Positions 22,308 to 32,000 of a DNA stretch of 32,000 nt are shown piece after piece (the first letter of the stretch is position 1; every line of letters starts with the position of its first letter). The stretch is from Candidatus Saccharimonadota bacterium. GTDB lineage: Bacteria; Pseudomonadota; Gammaproteobacteria; Enterobacterales; Enterobacteriaceae. Made by a program: the position numbers and the translations under genes. The notes below the pieces were generated by a model, which was not told the origin of the DNA, did no database searches, and saw nothing but the letters and a program-made list of their open reading frames with translations. The stretch covers positions 480,001 to 512,000 of the forward strand of contig NC_014909.2 in the NCBI RefSeq assembly GCF_000185985.2, written 5' to 3'.

Positions 22308-22359
22308 TGTACACTAGCTCAACAGGCCCATCCAGTGCCCTGATATGCTTAATATGAAA
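22262..22359. repeat. Perfect 98-bp palindrome (two 49-bp arms, no spacer), centre between 22310 and 22311
   Basis: The left arm is 22262-22310: tttcatattaagcatatcagggcactggatgggcctgttgagctagtgt. I checked base by base that its reverse complement equals 22311-22359: acactagctcaacaggcccatccagtgccctgatatgcttaatatgaaa. The left arm is the manZ 3' end (stop TAG at 22305-22307). Confidence 0.99.
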
Positions 22360-22377
22360 CACTCTTTTTTTATTTTT
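22262..22377 (+). terminator. Candidate intrinsic terminator of the manXYZ operon (49-bp hairpin plus T-tracts)
   Basis: The palindrome would fold as a very long hairpin in the manZ transcript. Five nt after its end come T7 (22365-22371), then A, then T5 (22373-22377). The minus strand has no equivalent U-tract, so it is not obviously bidirectional. Confidence 0.45.
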
Positions 22378-22481
22378 ATCCTATTCTAACAAACTACTAA
22401 AACTCTATCTTCAAAAATAACTCTCAGAAATTTTTCTTTTTTATATAAATAAAATATTTTATATAATAGACAAACTAAACA

Positions 22482-22497
22482 TCCTTACTTACAAGGA
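22482..22497 (-). terminator. Weak candidate terminator hairpin downstream of cspC
   Basis: TCCTT (22482-22486) pairs with AAGGA (22493-22497) around a 6-nt loop, about 60 nt after the cspC stop on the minus strand. The T-rich tail that follows is interrupted (tgtttagtttg). The stem is short, so support is low. Confidence 0.25.
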
Positions 22498-22557
22498 CCC
22501 TTAAACTCTTTAATAAAACCTAAAAATAAATAATTTATAATAAAAAATTCCAAAATT

Positions 22558-22767
22558 TTATATAGTTGTTACATTAACCGCGGAAGGTCCTTTATGCCCA
22601 TCTTGAATTTCAAATTCAACATTTTGACCTTCAGATAAGGTCTTAAACCCATTTCCTTGAATTGCAGAAAAATGAACAAACACATCTTTACTTCCATCAG
22701 AAGGTGTAATAAAACCAAACCCTTTAGATTCATTAAACCATTTTACTTGACCTTTAATTTTCGCCAT
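22558..22767 (-). CDS. cspC: Cold-shock-domain protein CspC
   Basis: The 69-aa product is [69 protein letters not shown]. As I recall the E. coli CspC sequence, it differs at only about five positions. It is clearly closer to CspC than to CspE. RNP1 (KGFGFI) and RNP2 (VFVHF) are intact. Confidence 0.96.
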   Translation of the reverse strand: MAKIKGQVKWFNESKGFGFITPSDGSKDVFVHFSAIQGNGFKTLSEGQNVEFEIQDGHKGPSAVNVTTI

Positions 22768-23547
22768 CTTACATATTTCCTTTAAACGTTTTACCTAAAA
22801 TAAAATTTTTAAATATTAAATCTACCAATTGTACAATATCACACAATATAATCTAAATTATTAATAATAAATTCTCTCCTCACTAAACTATCAAACTACA
22901 CTTATATTCAATATATACCAAATTACCTAAAATATTCTATAATTCTCTAATATACATTGATCCTATCAACTTTATAATAAAAACTAACTGACCTTTCATG
23001 ATAACAGAAAAATACTCATTATCAATTTTTTTTATACGTATTTTAAAAAATAATATTATGAATCAAAAAAATATATCTGTAAAATTAGATACTTTGACAA
23101 TATAATAACATAACATATATAATAAAAATTTTAATATATTTTTATATATTAACTAAGTACAATTATTTTCAAAAAATTTTTAATAACCCATTAATCTATC
23201 ACTACTCTTTAAACATATATGTTTATTCATTAAAATTCAACAATCAATCTTTCAGACTTATCAACTAATACAATACCATATACAAATTTATAATTTGTAT
23301 ATCATTCTTTACATATATAATCTACTACTTTATTTTTCCCTTACCCAAAAAATAATATTTTAAATATTTAAACCAATACAACGATCAAAACCCTATACAT
23401 CCTAATATAATTTTTAAATTAATACATACTTTAAAAATATTTAAATAAATTAAATCTACTCTTCTCAAAGAGAAATATTATTAATACAGTATTCATATAT
23501 ATGAATATAAATATATATCACTCATTAATGTATATATATAAAAAATA

Positions 23548-25047
23548 CTAATAACTTATATATTCATTCCAACTACGATTATCTTTAAGCATCATAGCGG
23601 TAGACTCACTAGGACCCCAAGTTCCAGCTTGATACACATTTAAAATACTATTACTTGATTGCTCCTCCCATGCTTTAACAATAGAGTCAACCCACTTCCA
23701 AGAACCTTCTACTTCATCATAATGCACAAATAAAACTTGAATACCTCGCATAACTTCCAATAATAATCGTTCATATGCATCAGAAACATACTCTTTAGAA
23801 AAAATTTTATTGAAATACAAATTCATATTAACAGGTTTTAAACGATTTTTATTCCCCAACCCAGGGACTTTACTAAGAATCTGCATATCTATACCTTCAT
23901 TTGGTTGTAATCTAATAATTAATTTATTATTAGGCAAACATGAACATAAGTCTGAAAACAAGTTCAACACTGGTTTTTTAAAATATATAACAATCTCAGA
24001 ATATTGCTTAAATAATCTTTTCCCTGTTCTTAAATAAAATGGAACACCAAACCATCTCCAACTATCTATATTTACTCGAATAGATACAAAAGTTTCAGTA
24101 GTGCTATTTTGATTAGCTCCTTTTTCTTCTAAATAACCTGGAACCGGTTTACCTCCAATGAAACCTGCGACATATTGACCTCGCACTGTAATCTCATGTA
24201 TTCTATAGGGATCAACCATCCGCAACGCACGTAAAATTTTAACTTTTTCATCTCTAATACAATCAGAGCTTAAACAAGACGGAGGAGACATAGCTACAAT
24301 AGTTAAAATTTGTAATAAATGACTTTGTATCATATCTCTCATTTGGCCTATTTTATCAAAATATCCCCAACGACCTTCAATTCCTACTTCCTCTGCTACT
24401 GTAATTTGTATATGATCAATAGTGCTATTATTCCAGTTAGAAAAACACAAAGAATTTGCAAAACGCAGCACTAATAAATTCAATACAGCTTCTTTTCCTA
24501 AATAATGATCTATTCTATAGATTTGAGTTTCAGAAAAATATTTTGATACATTGGCATTAATAACACGAGCAGAATCTAAATCAATACCCAATGGTTTCTC
24601 TATGACCACTCTATTTAATTCTTTATTTAATCCTATTGAACTTAATCCTTTACAAATATTATCAAAAGTATGCGGCGGCATAGCCAAATAATTTATTGTT
24701 AACAAATCCAAACGTTTTAATTTATTGATCAATAAAACAAAACGCTCTGTATGATTAATATCTAAATTACAAAATTCAAATCGTCGAGAAAAACGATTCC
24801 ATAAATTTTCGTCAATCGATTCTTCTCGCATAAAAATTTCTAATGCAGAACGTATAACCTTAACATATTTTAAGGTATCCCATTCTGCCCTACCCACTCC
24901 TAATATACAAGTATCAGGATGAATAAATCCTATCTTTTCTAATTTATATAATGCAGGAATTAATTTTCTACGAGCTAAATCCCCTTTAGCTCCAAAAATA
25001 ATTAAATTACACGCATGTTCTGCAGGCGTTTCAAATGAAATATTCAA
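23548..25047 (-). CDS. zwf: Glucose-6-phosphate 1-dehydrogenase
   Basis: The NADP site is IIFGAKGDLARRKLIPALY, the catalytic motif is RIDHYLGKE, and EKPLG and YERLLLEVM are present. The start is TTG at 25045-25047, supported by a GAGGT SD (plus-strand ACCTC at 25054-25058) 6 nt upstream. Confidence 0.95.
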   Translation of the reverse strand: MNISFETPAEHACNLIIFGAKGDLARRKLIPALYKLEKIGFIHPDTCILGVGRAEWDTLKYVKVIRSALEIFMREESIDENLWNRFSRRFEFCNLDINHTERFVLLINKLKRLDLLTINYLAMPPHTFDNICKGLSSIGLNKELNRVVIEKPLGIDLDSARVINANVSKYFSETQIYRIDHYLGKEAVLNLLVLRFANSLCFSNWNNSTIDHIQITVAEEVGIEGRWGYFDKIGQMRDMIQSHLLQILTIVAMSPPSCLSSDCIRDEKVKILRALRMVDPYRIHEITVRGQYVAGFIGGKPVPGYLEEKGANQNSTTETFVSIRVNIDSWRWFGVPFYLRTGKRLFKQYSEIVIYFKKPVLNLFSDLCSCLPNNKLIIRLQPNEGIDMQILSKVPGLGNKNRLKPVNMNLYFNKIFSKEYVSDAYERLLLEVMRGIQVLFVHYDEVEGSWKWVDSIVKAWEEQSSNSILNVYQAGTWGPSESTAMMLKDNRSWNEYISY

Positions 25048-25532
25048 TATTTTACCTCATATAAAGAACACTATTAAAATATTATAACCTATTTATACAG
25101 ATATCAATCATCCTTCTAATACTCAAATTATCTATCAAATCTATACTATTTAAATAGTATATCTCAATAAAAAAATTATTTACTAATCAAACACTCTTAA
25201 TTCAATATATAGTAATCACTTAATCCACAAAAATTATTATTCATATGCATTAATATTGCATCAATATATAACATCTTCCTACAAAAAAAAATACTATAAA
25301 AAATTATTTTCAATTAAAAGTTTTAATATATTACATTACAAAATATTACTCAATAAAACTACCCCACTTGTTTGCTTAGCCTACTGTAAATAATCAAGAT
25401 TATATCTATATAATTATATAAAGCCACAATGACCACCGATATAATTATAATCATAACAATAACAAAACACTCGTATATTAAAAAATATTCTCATATAATA
25501 AAATATTATATATAATAATTCCATTATTGTTC

Positions 25533-25537
25533 AAGGA
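25533..25537 (+). promoter_or_regulatory. Shine-Dalgarno-like AAGGA for pykA
   Basis: AAGGA lies 6 nt upstream of the pykA ATG at 25544. Confidence 0.45.
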
Positions 25538-25543
25538 ACTAAT

Positions 25544-26995
25544 ATGCCGAAATACCTGAGAAGAACTAAAATTATTGCTACCCTTGGTCCTTCTACAGAT
25601 CAAGCAAATAATCTCGAAAAAATCATTACTTCTGGAGTAAATGTAGTTAGATTAAATTTTTCTCATGGAAAACCTTTAGAGCATTTTACCCGAGCAAATA
25701 AAATTCGAGCACTTGCTACTCAATTAAAACGATATATCGCTATTCTTGGAGATTTACAAGGACCTAAAATCCGTATTTCAACTTTTCAAAACGATAAAGT
25801 ATATTTAAAATCTGGAGATAATTTTTTACTCGACTCTATGAATCAAGATAATAAAGGTACCCAAACATATGTAGGGGTTAATTATAAAAAACTTTCTCAA
25901 GATGTATCTCCAGGCGATTATTTACTTTTAGATGATGGAAAAATTCAACTACAAGTTATCAAAATTAATAACACTAAAATTTTTACTAAAGTAATAATCG
26001 GAGGAATATTATCTAATAATAAAGGCATTAATAAATTAGGAGGAGGTTTATCTGCTAAAGTATTAACAGATAAAGACAAAACAGATATTATTACTGCCGC
26101 TAAAATAGGAGTAGATTATTTAGCGATATCTTTTCCTCGTAGTAGTATAGATTTAAATTATGCCCGCAAATTAGTTATAGACGCTGGTAGTAATGCAAAA
26201 ATTATATCTAAAGTAGAACGAGCAGAAGCAGTTAAATCCGATGAAACAATAGATGATATTATCAAAGCGTCTGATGCAGTCATGGTGGCTAGAGGAGATT
26301 TAGGGATAGAAATTGGAGATCCAAAATTAGTAGAAATACAAAAAAAAATAATATACAGAGCACATGCTCTCAATAAAGCAGTTATCACTGCAACACAAAT
26401 GATGGAATCTATGGTTACAAATTCCATACCTACTCGAGCTGAAGTCATGGATGTAGCTAATGCTGTATTAGATGGTACAGATGCAGTAATGTTATCTTCA
26501 GAAACTGCTACTGGATTGTACCCATCTGAAACTGTTACTGCTATGTCTAATGTATGTTTAGGAGCAGAAAAAATATCCAATATTGATCAACCATCAATAT
26601 CTTTAAATAAACCAAAAAAAAAAATTACAAACGTAAAAGAAGCTGTTGCATCATCTACTATGTACATAGCGAATCATCTCGATACAATACGCGCAGTTAT
26701 TTCTATAACTGATTCTGAATATACCGCATTACTTATGTCTCGTATTAATTCAAAATTACCTATTTTCGTATTATCCCATGATATTAATACTCTTAATATA
26801 GTTACTTTATATAGAGGAGTCATTCCTATCTATTTTAGTCACACTGGAAACAATATCATTGATGCAAGACATGCTAGCAATCTATTGCGAGATAAAGGAT
26901 TTGTAATACCCGGTGAATTAGTAATAGTGATACAAGATAACATCTTGAATCAATCTAATGTAACTAATATGAGTTATATATTAGCAGTAGAATAA
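25544..26995 (+). CDS. pykA: Pyruvate kinase II (AMP-activated type)
   Basis: [61 protein letters not shown] and [37 protein letters not shown] are colinear with E. coli PykA to the C-terminal ...ILAVE. Confidence 0.97.
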   Translation: MPKYLRRTKIIATLGPSTDQANNLEKIITSGVNVVRLNFSHGKPLEHFTRANKIRALATQLKRYIAILGDLQGPKIRISTFQNDKVYLKSGDNFLLDSMNQDNKGTQTYVGVNYKKLSQDVSPGDYLLLDDGKIQLQVIKINNTKIFTKVIIGGILSNNKGINKLGGGLSAKVLTDKDKTDIITAAKIGVDYLAISFPRSSIDLNYARKLVIDAGSNAKIISKVERAEAVKSDETIDDIIKASDAVMVARGDLGIEIGDPKLVEIQKKIIYRAHALNKAVITATQMMESMVTNSIPTRAEVMDVANAVLDGTDAVMLSSETATGLYPSETVTAMSNVCLGAEKISNIDQPSISLNKPKKKITNVKEAVASSTMYIANHLDTIRAVISITDSEYTALLMSRINSKLPIFVLSHDINTLNIVTLYRGVIPIYFSHTGNNIIDARHASNLLRDKGFVIPGELVIVIQDNILNQSNVTNMSYILAVE

Positions 26996-27137
26996 GTGAT
27001 TTTATACCCCAAAACTATTAATAATAAATTTTTATATATAAAACAATCAAAATCAAAGCTATCATTTAATCATTTTAATATCTATACTAACTAATAAAAA
27101 ATATACAGAATTATACATACCTCACTATTGTTTATAT

Positions 27138-28514
27138 TTAATCAAAATTTAATTTTGGGATAATTTCATTTATTTGTTTTAAATATTTTATGCGATCATT
27201 CCCTAATAATTTCTCTACATTTAGAATACTAGTAGTCAAAGGATTTACAGGTTGACGATTAATCCAGACTTCAAAATGTAGATGAGGACCAGTAGATCGA
27301 CCCGTATTACCAGATAATGCAATACTATCTCCTCGACTTACTCTCTGTCCTGATTTAACTAATATTTTTTTAAGATGCATATATCGAGTTATACATTGAA
27401 AATCATGCTTAATAACTACATAATTGCCAGCAATTTTACTATATTTACTACTCAATACTACTCCGTCTCCTATGGATAAAACCGGAGTTCCAACCGGTAC
27501 AGCAAAATCTACTCCAACATGCTGAGTTACTTGACCAGTAACAGGATTTAACCTATTCATATTAAAATTAGAAGATATACGATACGGTTTTAATATCGGT
27601 AAACGAATAAATTTATTTATAGATCCTACAGCTTCTTTATTATAAAAACGACCATTATTTGCCTTAAAAATATAGTAATCTTGACCAGCAGTACGTACTC
27701 GGGCTCCAATTAATTCGCTATATATATTATTATTTTTAATATCAAATATCAAAGAAACTAATAGAGCAAATTTATCTCCTGAATGCAATTTTTTAAAATC
27801 CAATTGATATCTTAACGCATTAACTACATCTACTATACAATTTTCCTCTAACCCTAAAGATCGAGCGCTATCAACAAAAGTTTCATGTAGTGATCCTGAA
27901 AACAACACTGTGTAACATTGTTTTTTCTCATTGCTATTTTTTTTTAATACTTTAATAATTCCTTGATTAAAATAAGCATTCATTTTCTTATTATAAAGAC
28001 GTATTTCTTGCTCAGAAACACCCCAAATTAAACATTGTAGACGTTTTTGATTTACAATCAGCCACAATAAAGATTGCCCAATTCTTAATTTATCCAATAC
28101 AGGGTATTGTTGAGTTAATAAATACACTTCATCAATATTTACTAAATTTCTATTATATTTTTCTACAAATTGCGTCAATGTATTATTAGAGAACAGTCTT
28201 GAATAATCATTCATACTGAATATTTTTAAAGATTGCTCTTGACTAACTTGTTTTTTTAAAATGTTTAAGAAAAATAAATTATCTTCAACATATGTATTAT
28301 TATTAATAGTTTTAAAAAAAGAACACAATGTAGATTTTTGTACAGCAATGATTTGATTATAATCATTTTTATTAAATTCATATGATAATAAAAACATATT
28401 CCACACAATCATGATAATAATAATTATTATAAACACAAAAGGAACAATGATACTATATCGCTTATACAAACAACGACATATTAATTTAATAGAATTACAC
28501 ACAATTCCATACAC
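27138..28514 (-). CDS. mepM: Murein DD-endopeptidase MepM (YebA), M23 peptidase
   Basis: The M23 core is NPVTGQVTQHVGVDFAVPVGTPV...TRYMHLKKILVKSGQRVSRGDSIALSGNTGRSTGPHLHFEVWIN. The C-terminal IPKLNFD matches E. coli VPQLRFD. There is an N-terminal TM helix. The start is GTG at 28512-28514. The next in-frame ATG would truncate the TM helix, so the exact start is uncertain. Confidence 0.9.
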   Translation of the reverse strand: MYGIVCNSIKLICRCLYKRYSIIVPFVFIIIIIIMIVWNMFLLSYEFNKNDYNQIIAVQKSTLCSFFKTINNNTYVEDNLFFLNILKKQVSQEQSLKIFSMNDYSRLFSNNTLTQFVEKYNRNLVNIDEVYLLTQQYPVLDKLRIGQSLLWLIVNQKRLQCLIWGVSEQEIRLYNKKMNAYFNQGIIKVLKKNSNEKKQCYTVLFSGSLHETFVDSARSLGLEENCIVDVVNALRYQLDFKKLHSGDKFALLVSLIFDIKNNNIYSELIGARVRTAGQDYYIFKANNGRFYNKEAVGSINKFIRLPILKPYRISSNFNMNRLNPVTGQVTQHVGVDFAVPVGTPVLSIGDGVVLSSKYSKIAGNYVVIKHDFQCITRYMHLKKILVKSGQRVSRGDSIALSGNTGRSTGPHLHFEVWINRQPVNPLTTSILNVEKLLGNDRIKYLKQINEIIPKLNFD

Positions 28515-28809
28515 TCATAATAAATCCCATATGACATTTGTTATTTCTATTACATTTTACATATCAAATACACAAACAATATCCACTTTTAAAAGAAACG
28601 ACAACTAAATATATATAATTATTTATTTCATTACAGGATAAGTATCCTAATTCCAAATATTTATATTCTTTATAACAAAGCAATATATATTAATTATAAT
28701 TAATATATATTTAAAATATAAAAATTATTACTATAAATGACAACAACAAAAATTAGACATTATTCAATCTTAATTTAATAAAATCAAATTATTCTCATAA
28801 ACAATAAAC

Positions 28810-30540
28810 TTAATCAGGCGCATCAACCATTAAATCTATTGCTGAAGTAGTTTTTGGAAACGCAATAACATCTCTAATACTTTTAGAACCAGTTAATAAC
28901 ATCAATAATCTATCTAGTCCAAATGCTAATCCAGCATGTGGAGGAGCACCATACTTTAAAGCATTCATTAAACAACCAAATTTTTTTTGCTGTGTACTTC
29001 GACTTATTCCCAAAATATCAAATATTGTTTGCTGTAATAAATACGAATGAATACGAACTGAACCACTTCCTATCTCATACCCATTAATTACCATATCATA
29101 AGCTTCTGACACCGCTAATAACGGATTATTTTTTAAAAATTCTATATCACAATTTTTTGGTGCTGTAAACATATGATGTACCGGTATTAAACTACCTAAT
29201 TCATTCTTTTTAAATACTGGAAAATTTACTACCCATAATGGAGCCCAAGTATCTTTTTTAATCAAATTTAAATCACTACCTATTTTTTGTCTTAACGAAC
29301 CTAATATTTTAGTGATAAATAAATTTTTATTGTTACCAAAAACAAAAAATAAAACACCATTGTGTTTAAAATTAATTTTTTTGAATAACGCTTTTAATAT
29401 AATTTTATTTAAGAATTTAACTATTGGACCATCAACTTTAACTATTTCTTTTTGATCATTGCATTGTGCTTTAATCCAGTAAAAATTTTGTATCCCGCAT
29501 CTTCGAATATAATCTTCATATTTATTAATCTGTTTGTCAGTTAAAAAATATCCATTTGGAATTTTCATAACTATTACTTGGTTAACAGCTATATCTATCA
29601 TAATTTTATTTAATAAAAATTGATTCCATATAGATCTAAAAAAATCAGATACATCAACTATTTCTATTGGATTTCTTAAATCTGGAGTGTCAGATCCAAA
29701 TCTCCTCATTGAATCAAAATAAGAAATTTGAGGAAATACTCCTAACTCTATATTTAAGATTTCACGCCATACAGTACAAATAAAAAATTCCATAAGCTCT
29801 CGTATTCTTTTAGCATCAATAAAAGATGCTTCCATATCAATTTGAGTAAATTCTGGTTGTCGATCTGAACGTAAATCCTCATCTCTAAAGCATTTAGTAA
29901 TTTGATAATATCTATCAAATCCAGCAATCATTAATAGCTGCTTAAATATTTGAGGAGATTGAGGTAAAGCGTATTTCTTATCTATATGCAACCTACTAGG
30001 AACTAAATAATCTCTAGCACCTTCTGGGGTAGATTTAGTTAAAATAGGAGTATCAATATTAAAAAACCCCTCCAACTCCATAAATCTATGAGTTAATGAC
30101 ATAACTCTAGAACGAGTTTTAATATTCAATAACATGATCGGTCTTCTTAAATCTAAATAACGATATTTTAAACGATTCTCCTCTGTATTATTCTTAGTAA
30201 TATCTAATGGTAATGGCTCAGACACATTAAGAATGACAAAAAATTTCGCTACAATTTCAATCATTCCAGTTAACATATTTTTATTTATTTGAGTAATAGG
30301 ACGAGCACGAACTATTCCTCTTAATTGTATACAAAATTCCTGTTTAAGACTAATAGAAGCATTTTTACATACTTCTTGTTGAAAATTAGGATCAAAACAT
30401 ACTTGAATAGAACCCTCTCTATCCCTTAACTCAATAAACATTAACTTTCCAAGATTTCTTAACTTACTTATCCAACCACACAATGTTATTTCCAAACCAA
30501 TATGAGCTGAATTTAATTGCCCGCAATAAGCAGTACGCAT
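28810..30540 (-). CDS. aspS: Aspartate--tRNA ligase
   Basis: [17 protein letters not shown] and the class II motifs [20 protein letters not shown] and [15 protein letters not shown]...[10 protein letters not shown] are colinear with E. coli AspRS. The start is ATG at 30538-30540. Confidence 0.96.
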   Translation of the reverse strand: MRTAYCGQLNSAHIGLEITLCGWISKLRNLGKLMFIELRDREGSIQVCFDPNFQQEVCKNASISLKQEFCIQLRGIVRARPITQINKNMLTGMIEIVAKFFVILNVSEPLPLDITKNNTEENRLKYRYLDLRRPIMLLNIKTRSRVMSLTHRFMELEGFFNIDTPILTKSTPEGARDYLVPSRLHIDKKYALPQSPQIFKQLLMIAGFDRYYQITKCFRDEDLRSDRQPEFTQIDMEASFIDAKRIRELMEFFICTVWREILNIELGVFPQISYFDSMRRFGSDTPDLRNPIEIVDVSDFFRSIWNQFLLNKIMIDIAVNQVIVMKIPNGYFLTDKQINKYEDYIRRCGIQNFYWIKAQCNDQKEIVKVDGPIVKFLNKIILKALFKKINFKHNGVLFFVFGNNKNLFITKILGSLRQKIGSDLNLIKKDTWAPLWVVNFPVFKKNELGSLIPVHHMFTAPKNCDIEFLKNNPLLAVSEAYDMVINGYEIGSGSVRIHSYLLQQTIFDILGISRSTQQKKFGCLMNALKYGAPPHAGLAFGLDRLLMLLTGSKSIRDVIAFPKTTSAIDLMVDAPD

Positions 30541-30943
30541 GCATTACCTCTGACTCAAAAATCAATATATTGTATATTTACAATTGTACAAAATAAATAA
30601 AAATTTATTTATTCATATAATTATGTAATGTAGCATGATCTTATTATAAAATATATATTTGTATATATAACGCTCTTATTAAACATTAAAATAATATCGT
30701 TCATATACATAATTTAAATTTTTATCATCAAACTCATGCTGTTAAAATAAATATATGTAAATCTCCCTAATATTAATTGATATATGAACATTAACATAGA
30801 CACTACATAATCATGATAATATACAAAACAAATATCCTATTATTTATATATAAAAATACGTATACAAATTATAATCAAATAAATATGTATGCAGTTTATA
30901 AAACAAAATAAAAACTTCAATAATTAATTAATTCTATAAATTA

Positions 30944-32000
30944 TATGAACATTCAAAATCTTTTATTGCAACATCTATATCAAGCTTTACTTAAAATAAA
31001 CGCAGAATCTTTTTTTCATTTAATCAAAATTCACATATCTACTCACAAGCAATTTGGAGACTATCAAATTAATGGACTTATTCCTATATCCAAATTACTA
31101 AATATTTCTGTTGAAAATTTTTCTAAAAAACTTATTAAATTTATAAATTTACAACACATGGTTGAAATTATAAAATTTGAACAACCAGGGTTCATTAATA
31201 TTTTTTTAAGTTCAACATGGATAGAAAACCAAATTAATTATATTGGTAATTTACCTAATTTTGGAATTTATTCAAAACAACAAAAAACCATCATTATTGA
31301 TTATTCTGGCCCTAATATTGCAAAAGAAATGCATGTTGGACATTTAAGATCAACTGTAATTGGCGATAGTACCGCTCGTATTCTATCTTTTTTAGGACAT
31401 CATGTTATTAAAGCGAATCATATAGGCGATTGGGGCACTCAATTTGGTATGTTAATTGCATATATACACAAACAAATACCACATAACTTTTCATTAAATA
31501 AAATTCAATCATTTGATGTATTAGAAAAATACTATCAAGAGGCTAAAAAAATATATGATATTGATCCTAATTTTGCTAAATTAGCACGTCATTATGTTGT
31601 AAAATTACAACAAGGCGATGGTTATTGTAAAAAAATATGGCAACATTTAGTAAATATATCTGTTTCAAATAATCAAAAATTATATAATCGGCTTAACATC
31701 ACTCTCAAAAAAAGCGATATCATGGGAGAAAGCATGTATCAAAATATGCTACCCCATATTGTTAGGGACCTAAAAAATAAAAAAATAGCCGTTACTAGTA
31801 ATAATGCTACCGTAGTTTTCCTCAATAAAGATCAAAAAAACGAATATTACTCTTCTTTTGGAGTAATAATACAAAAAAAAGATGGAGGTTATTTATATAG
31901 TACCACTGACATCGCTTGTATAAAATATCGTTGTGAAATATTACATGCTGATAGAATCATCTATTATACTGATTCAAGACAAAAACAACACTTGTTACAA
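30944..32000 (+). CDS. argS: Arginine--tRNA ligase, 3'-truncated by the window edge
   Basis: I translated this myself from the ATG at 30944, and the frame stays open to the window end. The product is MNIQNLLLQ...FGDYQINGL...EQPGFINIFL...IIIDYSGPNIAKEMHVGHLRSTVIGDS..R.L.FLGH.VIKANHIGDWGTQFGMLIA...IIQKKDGGYLYSTTDIACIKYR. The HVGH class I signature is present and the sequence is colinear with E. coli ArgRS. Confidence 0.95.

Noticed and set aside
22311-22388. A mirror mini-ORF on the minus strand. The right palindrome arm encodes the same ..FILSISGHWMGLLS* peptide.
   Set aside because: Reading upstream on the minus strand reaches a stop after about 9 more codons. There is no ATG or GTG start with an SD. 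It is a by-product of the inverted duplication, not a gene.

Overview
This is an extremely AT-rich window that reads as a stretch of a reduced Enterobacterales obligate insect-endosymbiont chromosome. The style is Blochmannia-like: trp biosynthesis, the manXYZ PTS and long ORF-free spacers. The organism cannot be confirmed without a database search.

I can support 25 protein-coding genes. All are intact housekeeping genes with unambiguous E. coli orthologues, recognised from conserved motifs and colinearity. In order they are trpC(F) (5' partial), trpB, trpA, tonB, clsA, tdk, xthA, sppA, gapA, dsbB, minC, minD, minE, tsaB, pabB, yoaE, manX, manY, manZ, cspC, zwf, pykA, mepM, aspS and argS (3' partial, missing from the ORF track because it runs off the window).

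By my coordinates about 6.7 kb (~21%) is non-coding, including spacers of 0.7, 1.3 and 0.8 kb. I found no tRNA, rRNA, IS or transposase, phage, CRISPR, toxin-antitoxin, defence or secretion genes, and I do not see a novel multi-gene system here.

Gene order is a mosaic of E. coli synteny blocks with large deletions between retained neighbours. The blocks are trp-tonB-cls-tdk | xthA-sppA-gapA | dsbB-minCDE | tsaB-pabB-yoaE-manXYZ-cspC-zwf-pykA-mepM-aspS-argS.

The one clearly non-random, unexplained structure is a perfect 98-bp zero-spacer palindrome (49-bp arms, locally GC-rich). It is formed by an exact inverted duplication of the last 15 codons plus stop of manZ, and a T-tract follows it.

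Lesser observations:
- tonB has lost its proline-rich spacer and has only a TTG start.
- Slippage-prone poly(A) runs of 9-11 nt sit inside intact genes.
- A few AT-rich palindromes lie in promoter and spacer regions.
- C>G strand skew is consistent across all spacers.
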